Below, piece after piece: positions 1 to 9,012 of a DNA stretch of 64,000 nt. The stretch's first letter is position 1, and every line of letters starts with the position of its first letter. The notes under the pieces are model-generated. The model was not told where the DNA came from. It did not search any database and was given only the letters and a program-made list of their open reading frames with translations. Made by a program: the position numbers and the translations under genes. Source of the stretch: an uncultured Rhodothermaceae bacterium (GTDB lineage: Bacteria > Bacteroidota > Rhodothermia > Rhodothermales > JAHQVL01); assembly GCA_964525535.1 (NCBI GenBank), contig CAZGHT010000015.1:15140-79139 (forward strand), in the 5' to 3' direction.

Positions 1-2534
1 ACCAGCTGCGTCGTCGGGTTGAACGGGTTCGGGTAATTGCCGCGTACGACAAACCGCGCCGGCACCTCAGCGACGAGCTCGGCCATCGAGACCTTCAACG
101 CGACTACCTCTTCGTCGGAGATAACAAGCTGGCTGCCGGCAGAAAGCGTGTGACTCCGGACCACGGACGTTTGGGTCATCTCCTCGATACGGATGTCCAT
201 GCCGGCATATCGGGGCATCTCCGCCAGCTCCAGGGTAAGCGGATACGCACCGGACTGCAGCAGAATGACGCCTTCCGTACCCTCATCCAGCCAGCCTCCG
301 TGATTGAACCGCACGTCAAAGTGGCCGTCGATCGGGCGAGGCGGTAGCGAAAAGGACGCCTCCGCGAGGTCGCTGTCGAGATCCGCGCCGAAATACAGAG
401 CTTGAACGCCCCGCCTGGCGTCTTTCACCTCGATCCGCCCGAAGTCCTTCAAGGCCGCCTGATTGGTGGGCGCCGCTGCCTGCTTGGACGCATTTGCGCT
501 GGCACAGCTCATCGAGACCGTCCCGGCCTGGCTGGCCTGCACCCAGTATCCAAACCCGGGCAACAGGGCCGAACTCATCTTGTAGCCGTTCTCGTAGGCA
601 AACAGCGTCCCGTCCATGAGAATGTTGCCGGGGTCCGATACCGCACTCAGTTGGAGAAAACACCCTGGACCGGAGATCAGATTCCATCCGCTTTCCAGGT
701 TGAGCGTGAGATTCTGTACCGCATCGTCGTCGAACGACTGGCTGCCGCCTTCGGTCAGGTTCACCCAGTACCCTTTACCGGCATCGAGGGTCGAGGCCTG
801 CGTATACCCCGAACTCGAATACCCGAATGGCGCCGAGACCAGCGAGAGGTCGTCCAGCACGGACGCATAACTATTGTCGCCGGGGTTGGTCGGTACACCG
901 ACGAGGTTCCAGCCCGTATACATCATGCGGGAGAGACTGCCCAGTTCGACGACCTCGATACCCATCACGATCGGATCGCTGGCGTTGTTGACAAAATCGA
1001 TGTCGACATTGCCGTCGCTGATGACCACGGCGGACTTCATCACGCCGACGTCGTGACCGTATTCTTCGAACAGGTTGATGTCGGCCATACCGGGGTAGAC
1101 AAACCCGTCGATCTGCACCGAGAAAATGCGCGGGCCATCCTGGTCTTCGGCCGAGTTGAACCGGATTTCAGAGAAGTAGAGGCGGACCTCGACTTCTTTA
1201 CCGGCCTCGACCGGGAAGTCCCAGTTCATCGCTGGAGCGGCCCCTGGATCCCAGCGGCCGGCCTGAAAGAGTTTCATCGGCGTCCCCGGGGGTACCGAAG
1301 GATGGATCGTGATCAGATCGTTCTGCCCCCAGGTCCAGTCCCCGGTCGGTATAGCATTGACGTAAGAGCTCGGATCGACGTCGGTCCCCGGCTCCGCATC
1401 GATGACGTTATGGGCGGTAGTGACGGTGCGATCGGACTCCCAGTCGGCCAACGCATCTTCGATGAGCGGCCCCCCGGCGTTGACGCGGTATAACACCGTG
1501 CTGCCTGAAGCGCCTGATGTGGCCGATCCGAACAGGTTGAAGACGGCGGGTGAGTTCAGGCCGGTGTGCGTGATCTCGAGCTGCGCCGATTTGCTGCCCG
1601 GCGACGTCGGCTCGAACAGCAAGGTCAGAGGCTCCGAACTGAGTGGCCCTACCTGGATCGTGTTATTCGCGTTAACATCGAACTGCGAGGCATCGGCGCC
1701 TGTGATGGCGATATCATTTACCGTGATCGCCTCATTACCCGAGTTTTTCAAGTCGATGGTAAACGGGGTAGACCCGCCGACAGACGTAGCCGAGAACGCC
1801 ACCGGGTTGGGCGACGCAGTCAGGATCGTGTTGTTGCGCTCCGATTCCGGATTCGTATTTTCATCGACCTGGCTGTAATACACCCGATTCGGGTCGCTGT
1901 CCTTCCAGATGTGAATCCGGTCGATACGCACATTCCACGAACGACCGGAGATGCGAAACGTGTGCAGCCCGGCATCGAGGTCATAACGGGGCTGGGGGAA
2001 AATTTCGTTGCCTTCGTCATCGAATTCGACCCAGTTCGTATGATGGGAAAATCCTTCGTCGATATGGATGCCGCCATGGACGGTTTTGTACCACTGTCCG
2101 TCGTCCATCTGCGTCCACACATCGTTTTCCTGATCAGGCGCCGGTGCGCCTTTATGGGAGATGAACGTGAACATCCGGTATTCACCCGGATTCGTGATGA
2201 GGATTTCGAATTCGATCACATCGAAGCCCGGATCACTGAAGCGATTCGGCCCGATATAACGAAGGTACCCGGCGCCGGCAAACCCTTCTTCGACGTTTTC
2301 GAACTGCCAGTTCGGCGGGCGCGGTACGCTCTCCGCCTCCATGACGACGAGGCCGTCCGCTTCGATGAACGGGGCGGTACTAACTTGTTGGGCCATCGAT
2401 GGGGTGGATAGTGCGATCCAGGATGCGAAGCCGCTCAACACGGCCAGCAACAACGGCACACTAGAGCCGACGAGCGCCCGAACACGACGATTGACCCGAA
2501 GGAACGGTATTGATAGACTACCAAGCGTGATCAT
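1..2534 (-). CDS. Secreted multidomain T9SS cargo protein, 3' end cut by the window edge. Contains a CBM-like N-terminal region, an Ig-like choice-of-anchor-D/ASH-type domain, a malectin-like domain, an uncharacterised ~290-aa module and the start of a T9SS sorting domain.
   Basis: I translated the minus strand from the ATG at 2534-2532: MITLGSLSIPFLRVNRRVRALVGSSVPLLLAVLSGFASWIALSTPSMAQQ... The frame stays open to position 1. It is absent from the ORF track because no stop lies in the window. Motifs: NPVAFSATSVGGSTPFTIDLKNSGNEAITV (Ig-like), STVLYRVNAGGPLIEDALADW (malectin-like), and ..VPARFVVRGNYPNPFNPTTQL at the edge (T9SS type-A tail). The plus-strand ORFs 402-1493 and 1566-2411 are antisense to it. 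Confidence 0.85.
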   Translation of the reverse strand, partial: MITLGSLSIPFLRVNRRVRALVGSSVPLLLAVLSGFASWIALSTPSMAQQVSTAPFIEADGLVVMEAESVPRPPNWQFENVEEGFAGAGYLRYIGPNRFSDPGFDVIEFEILITNPGEYRMFTFISHKGAPAPDQENDVWTQMDDGQWYKTVHGGIHIDEGFSHHTNWVEFDDEGNEIFPQPRYDLDAGLHTFRISGRSWNVRIDRIHIWKDSDPNRVYYSQVDENTNPESERNNTILTASPNPVAFSATSVGGSTPFTIDLKNSGNEAITVNDIAITGADASQFDVNANNTIQVGPLSSEPLTLLFEPTSPGSKSAQLEITHTGLNSPAVFNLFGSATSGASGSTVLYRVNAGGPLIEDALADWESDRTVTTAHNVIDAEPGTDVDPSSYVNAIPTGDWTWGQNDLITIHPSVPPGTPMKLFQAGRWDPGAAPAMNWDFPVEAGKEVEVRLYFSEIRFNSAEDQDGPRIFSVQIDGFVYPGMADINLFEEYGHDVGVMKSAVVISDGNVDIDFVNNASDPIVMGIEVVELGSLSRMMYTGWNLVGVPTNPGDNSYASVLDDLSLVSAPFGYSSSGYTQASTLDAGKGYWVNLTEGGSQSFDDDAVQNLTLNLESGWNLISGPGCFLQLSAVSDPGNILMDGTLFAYENGYKMSSALLPGFGYWVQASQAGTVSMSCASANASKQAAAPTNQAALKDFGRIEVKDARRGVQALYFGADLDSDLAEASFSLPPRPIDGHFDVRFNHGGWLDEGTEGVILLQSGAYPLTLELAEMPRYAGMDIRIEEMTQTSVVRSHTLSAGSQLVISDEEVVALKVSMAELVAEVPARFVVRGNYPNPFNPTTQL

Positions 2535-2881
2535 ATGACTGCATTCCATTAGCTTATCGATTGGGAAAAGGCGCCTCCAGATGCAACAGAGATACGACGA
2601 CAGAGACTATGACAAAGCAGGCGTCTGCTGCGCGTATACTGCGCCGGCGGCGCAGGCAGATCTTCACAGGCGGTGAGTGATCCAGCGGGGAAAAGAGACT
2701 ATCCGAGCCCTGCATTCGAGCTTCGAGAGTACTGACGTCTCAGAGCAAGATCTCGGATGGGCTCCCCGCACAAGAGAGGAAGATCATACAATCAATATAC
2801 TCCCGACACCCCCCACTAAACGGCACATTTATGCTCTAAGGATTTGCGTTTTAGGCTCAATGTCGAGGGGTATAGGGGGTA

Positions 2882-2936
2882 GGGGTATAGGGGGCGATAG
2901 GCTTTCAGTCCTGAAAACCTATCGCCCCTATACCCC
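2882..2936 (-). terminator. Long near-perfect hairpin about 16 nt downstream of the stop of the 2953-8337 gene. Probable terminator or RNA-stability hairpin.
   Basis: GGGGTATAGGGGGCGATAGG (2882-2901) pairs with CCTATCGCCCCTATACCCC (2918-2936) with one G bulge. The loop region itself contains TTTCAG/CTGAAA. No clear U-tract. The left arm is also the second copy of a 13-bp direct repeat, GGGGTATAGGGGG (2867-2879 and 2882-2894). Confidence 0.5.
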
Positions 2937-2952
2937 TATCAACTTCATAGCC

Positions 2953-5900
2953 TTATTTCACCAACGTCATCCGGCCTACCTCTACCGCCGTTTGCGTCGT
3001 CATATTCGCGATGACGCGATACAGGTAGATGCCCGAGGCCATGTCGCTGCCGTCGAGGGTCACCTGGCGCCGGCCGGGCGTGAACGTGCGCGGTTGCACA
3101 TCCAGCACTTTCCGTCCCATGACGTCGTACACCTCGACCGACACTTCAGCCGGCTCGGGCAGGTCGAAGACGACCTGTGTCGTCGGGTTGAACGGGTTCG
3201 GGTAGTTGCCGACCAATGTGAAAGCGTTTGGTACGTCGTGTAGATCGTCGGCGACGCTGTTCACAATCGTTGGATCGATGAGTTCGATCCCCTTGATAGC
3301 CGGCAGATTTCCGGCGCCGACCTTGATCAATTCCAGGTCGATCGCCCCATCGCTCGTCGTGGTGAACGACTTCATGAGTCCGACGTCGTGCCCGACTTCG
3401 GCGAAGACGTCGATGTCGTCGAAAGCGGCCGGTACGGCGCCATCCACTGCCACATCGAAGACCCTGGGCCCGTCGGTGCCATTCGTTGCGTCGGTCAGGA
3501 AGATCTCCGCCAGGTAGAGACGGATCTCGACTATAGTGCCGGCATCGACGGGGAAGCTCCACATCTGGTTCGGCACCGCATCCTGATCGAACCGTTCCGT
3601 CTGGAAGATCTGGGCCGGGATGTCATCCGGTACAGACGAATCCAGAGAAACAGCGTCGAACACACCGAACGTGTAGTTCCCACTCTCGGCCACGTTGACA
3701 TAAGGCGAGGGGGCCCCGATTTCGGCCTTATCGCCGGCATTCTCTGCCAGTGTGGCGCGGTCCTCCATCCACACCCTGTATCCGTCGTCTGGGGCCAGGG
3801 AACGCCCGCCAGCATTGACGCGATAGAGTACGTTGCTCGGCTGAACGACGGAGCCCTCACCGCTCAGGTTGGTTTTAGCGGGAGCGCCGTCTCCACTGAA
3901 GTCGAATTCGATCTCAGCGGATTTGATGCCTTCGCTGGTTGGTTCGAACGTGACGCCTACCGTTCCCGTGGAGCCGCCCGCGATTTCGAGCGACCCGCTG
4001 AACGTGGTATTGAACTGGTCGCTGTCTGCGCCGACGATGTCGACACCCGTTATCGTTATGGGGTCCGAGCCGCTATTGCTCAGCGTAATATCTCGCGCCG
4101 GGGAGCTGCCCCCTACTTCGGCTGCGAAGAAGTTGACCGGGTTAGGCGACGCTGTGATCGCGCTCGTGGCGCCGAGCGTGGATACCTCGATCGCCGATAT
4201 CTTCCCTTCTCTCACGCTTGAAGAAATGGTGATCGACAGGGCTCCGTCAGAGACGGTGATATTCTCAAACGTTCTCACGTAAGCGGTGGCAGGGCCCACT
4301 TCGTCGAACAGGTCGAGGTCCGTAATGGTACCCTGGCCGCTTTCGATGTCGACGCTGAACACACGCTGATCGGCCGCCCCGAACGCTTCTCCGTCACCCG
4401 GCGCACCGAAGTATATTTCGGCGAAATGCAGCACGGCGATGTAGTCGCCGGCGCCCGGAACGGGGATGTTGTAGGTCAGCCCTGCACCTCCATCGTCGAA
4501 CCGTTCCGTGTGGTACAGCACGTCATCGCTGGTATTGGCGATCTCGATACCGAGGTTCTCGAACGTCCCGCCCCCGGTGAAGTGGTTGTCTGCGGACCAG
4601 GAAATATTGTTCAGCGTCACGGCCGGTCCACCGGCGTTGATCCGAGTAATGACCGTGGGAATATTTCCCGGGTCGAAATCGAGCACCGCGATGTCGGACA
4701 CCGGACCGATATTCCCATCCGTATCCTCAAAGACGGCGGCGATATAGTTAATGCCGGCCTCGGCCTGGGTGTCGGTCAGTGTTATATCGAAGTCGACGAA
4801 TCCGGCGCCGCCAGTGGCGCCTTCGATTTCCTGGATGCCGATGACCGTGTTTGCATCGAAGATTTCCAGGTTGTATCCCCCTCCCGGAGGCTCGAACAGC
4901 GCCGTTTCGAGGATAAGCAGGTGCACCTGTTGATTCGCCGGCCCGGAGACCCGAATCGTTTGGTCCAGGTTACCCACTTTCGACTTGAGCGACGAGGCGC
5001 CGATGACCGAGATCTCGGGCTTCGCCGGCAATTGATCGGCGGCGGCGCCCTGGGAGCCGCTGACGCTCCCCGGAATGCGGTAGAGCTCGGCCGTGTGCGT
5101 CGCGCCGTCGTCGAAGTTGACCGTAACGGTGGCTCCGACCAGTTCCAGCCCGGAGATGCTGCCGGCCTCGTTCGGGCCGGGCGCCGAGGCGCCTTTGATG
5201 TTATTCGGATCGATATCGATCGAGAAGGCAAACGTCTCCTGAGGCTCGAAGTCGTTAAACGTCACCGTAATTGCGTCATATCCGTCGCCTCCGTCTACTC
5301 CGTTGTGAGGCTGCACGAGATTGTCGCTCACCAGGCCGGTTTCCGACGCGCCCACATTCGCCTCGAACGCTTTACCCGTATTATCGCCAGCTACCCCGTC
5401 AGGGTCAAATACGATGTCAGGCAGGATAGCCGTGCTCAGGTCGATTGTAACGCTTTCGATGAGCTGGCCGTTCTGAGAGGTATTTTCGATCGAGATACTG
5501 CCTCCAGACACCGTGCTGGCATTGATATCTTCAGGGGGGGCGATGGCTACGTCGGCGGACGCGTCGTTGGCAATGAACTCGACGTCGACCCGGTCCCAGG
5601 TGGCCGTAAAGGCGGGGCCGGGGCCGGCAGAGGTTGCGATAAGCCCGACGGCCAGGGCAGTCTGACCACTCTGCAAGGCGTTGAGGACGCTCCCCGAGAG
5701 CGGGATGGGCGATCCGAGGTATACGTTGGCCTGGGTGTCCATGCCGTACCCGGGAAGGACCGTGCCCGCGGCGGGATTAACCTGCAAGAAGAGGTTGAGA
5801 GACGTTTCGGCGCCGAGCACGTCGTCCGGGATCAATTGTTCACCGGACTGATCGTTCGCGAACATCGTACTCTGGGCCGACCCGCTGTTTTCCTCGACGA

Positions 5901-8337
5901 TTTCGATCCCGCCATTACCTCCATTGGCCGCGAGGACTACTTTGAGGTAGTTGTCCTGATCGCCCGTCCCGATGAAGAAGCCTTGCGACTGCCCGTCCTG
6001 GGGCGTCTGCGTGTTGAAGAACGGAGGTTGGATGCGGACCGTTATTTCGAACGGCGCCGTATTCGCGTCGACGTCGATGCCGAACTGGAAGCCGTTATCC
6101 TGGGTGTTGACGCCCTCGAAGGCATCTCCTTCGGGAATGCTCGGTACGGTAAAGAGGCCGGCCGTGCCGCCTGCGATGAGGGTGCCCGGGTCGAACTGAA
6201 CGAGATAATCCGTCGATCCGTTCGCCATCAGACCGGTAAAGCCCACGCCGAAGAAGCCCGTTCCCGGATCTTCCTGGAAGAGGTCGTATTTGACCGGCAG
6301 GGTCGTCCCGATTCCGTTAGTTGCATCGATGGCGAATACGTCATTCACATCATCGATCCCATCGCCGTCGTCGTCGGTATCGAGCAGATCGGATAAGAGG
6401 TCGCCGTCGATGTCGCTGGGTTTGTCGCCCGCGCTGCATTCGTTGGTCCCGTTGGCAATTTCATCGTCGTTGGAATAGCCGTCGCTGTCGTCGTCTTGGG
6501 GCCCCGGGCCGCCGACGCAGGCCACTTCATTGGGTTCGAAGATGGTGACGTTTTCCCCGCCGTAGGTGACGGCCCAGATCGTACCCGGGAAGGGGTCGTC
6601 GTCGCCCTGCGCGATGAGGTCGAGAGGAACGAGGCCGAAGTTGGACAGCAGCACCTCTACCCCGTCATTATCGGGCGCATTGGTCACTTGATCGCCGGCT
6701 TCGTTCAAAGTGGCGATGTAGATCTCACCGCTGAACCCTGCGGACAGAATAGCCCCCTGCAAGGCGCCACCGAAGTTGGACGCCGTATACTCGGCCATGC
6801 CATTGGTGGAAGGTTCGTAGTCCACGAGCGACCCATCGTTGACGCCCGAGTTGCGGAAGTCGCACTCGGCTGCCGAAGTGACGCCTTCAGGAATGGGGGG
6901 CCAGTCCGCCGGAAGCGGGTTCGGGCCGGTCTTGCTGGTGCGAAAGGTGCCGGCTCCGTCGAAATAGGTATACAGGCCGGCTCCGGTTGGATTGCCACGC
7001 ACCGGCGTCGGATGGCCGGCATAATACGGTTTTCCGGCCTCGATCTCGCGGATGTAATGCAATCCGTTCAGGTTGTTGACCTGCCCGTCGTTCGGCCCCG
7101 GCCCGGTAGAGCCGGGCTCTGCCGGGTCATACTCGTTGGTACAGAGGCCGGCATTCGGCCCCGGGTAAGCGCCTTCCCCGACGGGGTGGCCGCCCCAACC
7201 CTGATTCGCCCCGTTATCGATGCTATACATCCTTCCGGTATGCGGAGCCGTTTCCATGATGACGACGTCGTAGGGATTACGGAAGCCGGTCGCGTGTAGC
7301 TGGACGGGACCGCCGGAAACGATTTTCGACTGGTTCAGGCCATTGTTACCTCCGAACGGATCGTTGACGTCAACGCCGTCATACCCTGGATCGGCCGGGT
7401 CGGTGATGCCGTTTACGTTGGGCCGCGTCGGATCGTCGAGCGTCGGCATGTCGTACACCCATGCGGTGTTGCCAGACCCCTGCACGGCCATAGCATCGAT
7501 CATGTCGAGGTCGACCTTCAGGATCGCGGCCGAGAGCGCGTATTCCGTAATGCGGGCGAAATTGTTGGAGGGCGAACCGGAGTTGGTCAGGCCCCCTACG
7601 GCTACGTACAGGATGTTGTTTTCTTCATCGAGCTCGAGGCCGTTGATCGAGTGGTTTTCTTCGGACCGGGGCAGGCCGCGAACGAGGTCCAGTTTCTTCC
7701 AGGCCCCGCCTTCCTTCCACAGCCGGCTGATGACGCCTGAATTGGTATCCAGCCCAGAGTCGTCGATGCCGTTTAATTCGCCGGCGCCGTGGCGCGGATC
7801 GCTGGACGTAACGTACAGCATCGGATTCTCCGCCGTGCCCGTAGCAAGAATACCGGTAATCTGCCGGTTGGTATCCAGGTTGAGGTCGAAGCCGTTCTGA
7901 GGCACAACCCCGTTGTTCAGCGCGCCGTCGTCATCGTGGTTGTCGATGTTGACCTTGACTTCATAGATCGGCTCAGTATCCGTGACGTCATAGTCTTGCG
8001 GCCCATTTTTCACGATCGTGTAGGCGTAGATGGTTCCGAGTTGTTGAGCCACGTAGAGGCGCCCGTCCGGGCCGAAATCCAGCGAGGTAGGTAAGATCAG
8101 ATCTTCCCCCTCGAGGCCGCTGGGGTCGAAACCGAAGGCGGGCCCCTGCCCGGATGGCCTGAAGATTTGCCTCTTTTCCCACGGTTTGACAACCGCGGTG
8201 GCATCGATTACAGGCGCCTCGATCTCGCCCACTTGAGCCGATGCCGTCTGCGGTGCGGCAACGAGCGTTGTAAAAACTAAATACAGGAGTGTCGAAATTG
8301 CCCCATTGTTAAAGAGCTGATATGAAGTACGACGCAT
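2953..8337 (-). CDS. Giant (1794 aa) secreted T9SS cargo protein. Contains a glucose/sorbosone-dehydrogenase-like beta-propeller, thrombospondin-type-3-like Ca-binding Asp repeats, Ig-like domains, two malectin-like domains and a T9SS C-terminal sorting domain.
   Basis: Signal peptide: LLYLVFTTLVAAPQTASAQ. SGDH-type motifs: LDFGPDGRLYVAQQLGTIYAY and HATGFRNPYDV. TSP3-like repeats: DDDSDGYSNDDEIANG...DIDGDLLSDLLDTDDDGDGIDDVND. Malectin-like starts: ITRINAGGPAVTLNNISWSAD and VLYRVNAGGRSLAPDDGYRVW. Ig-like domain: NPVNFFAAEVGGSSPARDITLSNSGSDPITI. Tail: LVGNYPNPFNPTTQVVFDLPEPAEVSVEVYDVMGRKV. Confidence 0.9.
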   Translation of the reverse strand: MRRTSYQLFNNGAISTLLYLVFTTLVAAPQTASAQVGEIEAPVIDATAVVKPWEKRQIFRPSGQGPAFGFDPSGLEGEDLILPTSLDFGPDGRLYVAQQLGTIYAYTIVKNGPQDYDVTDTEPIYEVKVNIDNHDDDGALNNGVVPQNGFDLNLDTNRQITGILATGTAENPMLYVTSSDPRHGAGELNGIDDSGLDTNSGVISRLWKEGGAWKKLDLVRGLPRSEENHSINGLELDEENNILYVAVGGLTNSGSPSNNFARITEYALSAAILKVDLDMIDAMAVQGSGNTAWVYDMPTLDDPTRPNVNGITDPADPGYDGVDVNDPFGGNNGLNQSKIVSGGPVQLHATGFRNPYDVVIMETAPHTGRMYSIDNGANQGWGGHPVGEGAYPGPNAGLCTNEYDPAEPGSTGPGPNDGQVNNLNGLHYIREIEAGKPYYAGHPTPVRGNPTGAGLYTYFDGAGTFRTSKTGPNPLPADWPPIPEGVTSAAECDFRNSGVNDGSLVDYEPSTNGMAEYTASNFGGALQGAILSAGFSGEIYIATLNEAGDQVTNAPDNDGVEVLLSNFGLVPLDLIAQGDDDPFPGTIWAVTYGGENVTIFEPNEVACVGGPGPQDDDSDGYSNDDEIANGTNECSAGDKPSDIDGDLLSDLLDTDDDGDGIDDVNDVFAIDATNGIGTTLPVKYDLFQEDPGTGFFGVGFTGLMANGSTDYLVQFDPGTLIAGGTAGLFTVPSIPEGDAFEGVNTQDNGFQFGIDVDANTAPFEITVRIQPPFFNTQTPQDGQSQGFFIGTGDQDNYLKVVLAANGGNGGIEIVEENSGSAQSTMFANDQSGEQLIPDDVLGAETSLNLFLQVNPAAGTVLPGYGMDTQANVYLGSPIPLSGSVLNALQSGQTALAVGLIATSAGPGPAFTATWDRVDVEFIANDASADVAIAPPEDINASTVSGGSISIENTSQNGQLIESVTIDLSTAILPDIVFDPDGVAGDNTGKAFEANVGASETGLVSDNLVQPHNGVDGGDGYDAITVTFNDFEPQETFAFSIDIDPNNIKGASAPGPNEAGSISGLELVGATVTVNFDDGATHTAELYRIPGSVSGSQGAAADQLPAKPEISVIGASSLKSKVGNLDQTIRVSGPANQQVHLLILETALFEPPGGGYNLEIFDANTVIGIQEIEGATGGAGFVDFDITLTDTQAEAGINYIAAVFEDTDGNIGPVSDIAVLDFDPGNIPTVITRINAGGPAVTLNNISWSADNHFTGGGTFENLGIEIANTSDDVLYHTERFDDGGAGLTYNIPVPGAGDYIAVLHFAEIYFGAPGDGEAFGAADQRVFSVDIESGQGTITDLDLFDEVGPATAYVRTFENITVSDGALSITISSSVREGKISAIEVSTLGATSAITASPNPVNFFAAEVGGSSPARDITLSNSGSDPITITGVDIVGADSDQFNTTFSGSLEIAGGSTGTVGVTFEPTSEGIKSAEIEFDFSGDGAPAKTNLSGEGSVVQPSNVLYRVNAGGRSLAPDDGYRVWMEDRATLAENAGDKAEIGAPSPYVNVAESGNYTFGVFDAVSLDSSVPDDIPAQIFQTERFDQDAVPNQMWSFPVDAGTIVEIRLYLAEIFLTDATNGTDGPRVFDVAVDGAVPAAFDDIDVFAEVGHDVGLMKSFTTTSDGAIDLELIKVGAGNLPAIKGIELIDPTIVNSVADDLHDVPNAFTLVGNYPNPFNPTTQVVFDLPEPAEVSVEVYDVMGRKVLDVQPRTFTPGRRQVTLDGSDMASGIYLYRVIANMTTQTAVEVGRMTLVK

Positions 8338-8727
8338 TTGAATAAGTTCGTCTGGTTGATCAAAAAGGTAAAGAAACGAAGATGTTTGCGGTGGGGGAAG
8401 TGCACAACAGCCTCTCCATGGCGTGTTGGTAAAATTTCCGAAGTGGTTCGAAAGACCGATTACTGCGTTCAGCCAGCAGTTGACTCAAATTCTATTCCCG
8501 TCCTGAAAGCCTGTCCGCTCTCCTCGAAACAGTTCGCGAAAAGCACCTCGAAAATGCCGGGCGGCCTTGTAGTATTCCTTCTTTCGTGTTCTCGTTGTTT
8601 AGATTAAGATCGTGACACCTTCTTTTTTCTCCGGAAGGGCGGTATGAACCCACCTCCCCACACACATGCGATCCGACGAAAGCCACGGCCCCACGAAAAG
8701 CCCACCCATCACACTCATGGTAAGAAT

Positions 8728-8863
8728 GTGACGTTACGCGAACTGTGCGCAGCACGCCATTGTAACAGCTTTGAAATACGTTTCGCAGGCCGTGAATCGT
8801 CAATATCGAGCTTTTCAAAGCCGTTGCTGCTGTACGTTTGCGCATCCGGAGCGTAACATCTGT
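8728..8863 (+). repeat. Copy of the interspersed palindromic repeat family. This variant has a GCTTTGAA...TTCAAAGCC core.
   Basis: Left end: GTGACGTTACGCGAACTGTGCGCAGCACGCC. Right end: GCGCATCCGGAGCGTAACATCTGT. Both match the termini of the copies at 10704, 31467, 17185 and 50569. Track ORFs 8492-8899 and 8644-8856 just read through it. Confidence 0.75.
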
Positions 8864-9012
8864 ATGGATGTATGGTAGGGATTTAGCGCACCGTTCCAAT
8901 GCTACTGGGGCAGTAAATTTATGGATATGAGGTTCGTTTCGTGCAATTTCCTACGTTTTAATCAGGGATTGCACTACAGCGGCGTCGGGGGGACTGGCAT
9001 TAACTCGAGCGG

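Noticed and set aside
402-2411. Plus-strand ORFs 402-1493 and 1566-2411 at the left edge.
   Set aside because: The minus strand carries a continuous, motif-rich frame (malectin, Ig-like, T9SS tail) from 2534 to the window edge. The plus ORFs are antisense artefacts.
4426-6396. A 656-aa plus-strand ORF, with neighbours 3388-4221, 6496-7299 and 7343-7900.
   Set aside because: It is antisense to the 1794-aa gene, which has clear domain motifs. The translation is Arg/Gly/Val-rich nonsense, typical of the open antisense frames of GC-rich genes.
8492-8899. ORFs overlapping repeat elements: 8492-8899, 8644-8856, 17055-17237, 31459-31716, 50504-50692, and the N-terminal 41 codons of 10709-11824.
   Set aside because: Their 'protein' similarity (for example ..SGFARLQSR..YAPDAH..) simply reflects translation through copies of the same non-coding palindromic repeat in various frames and strands.
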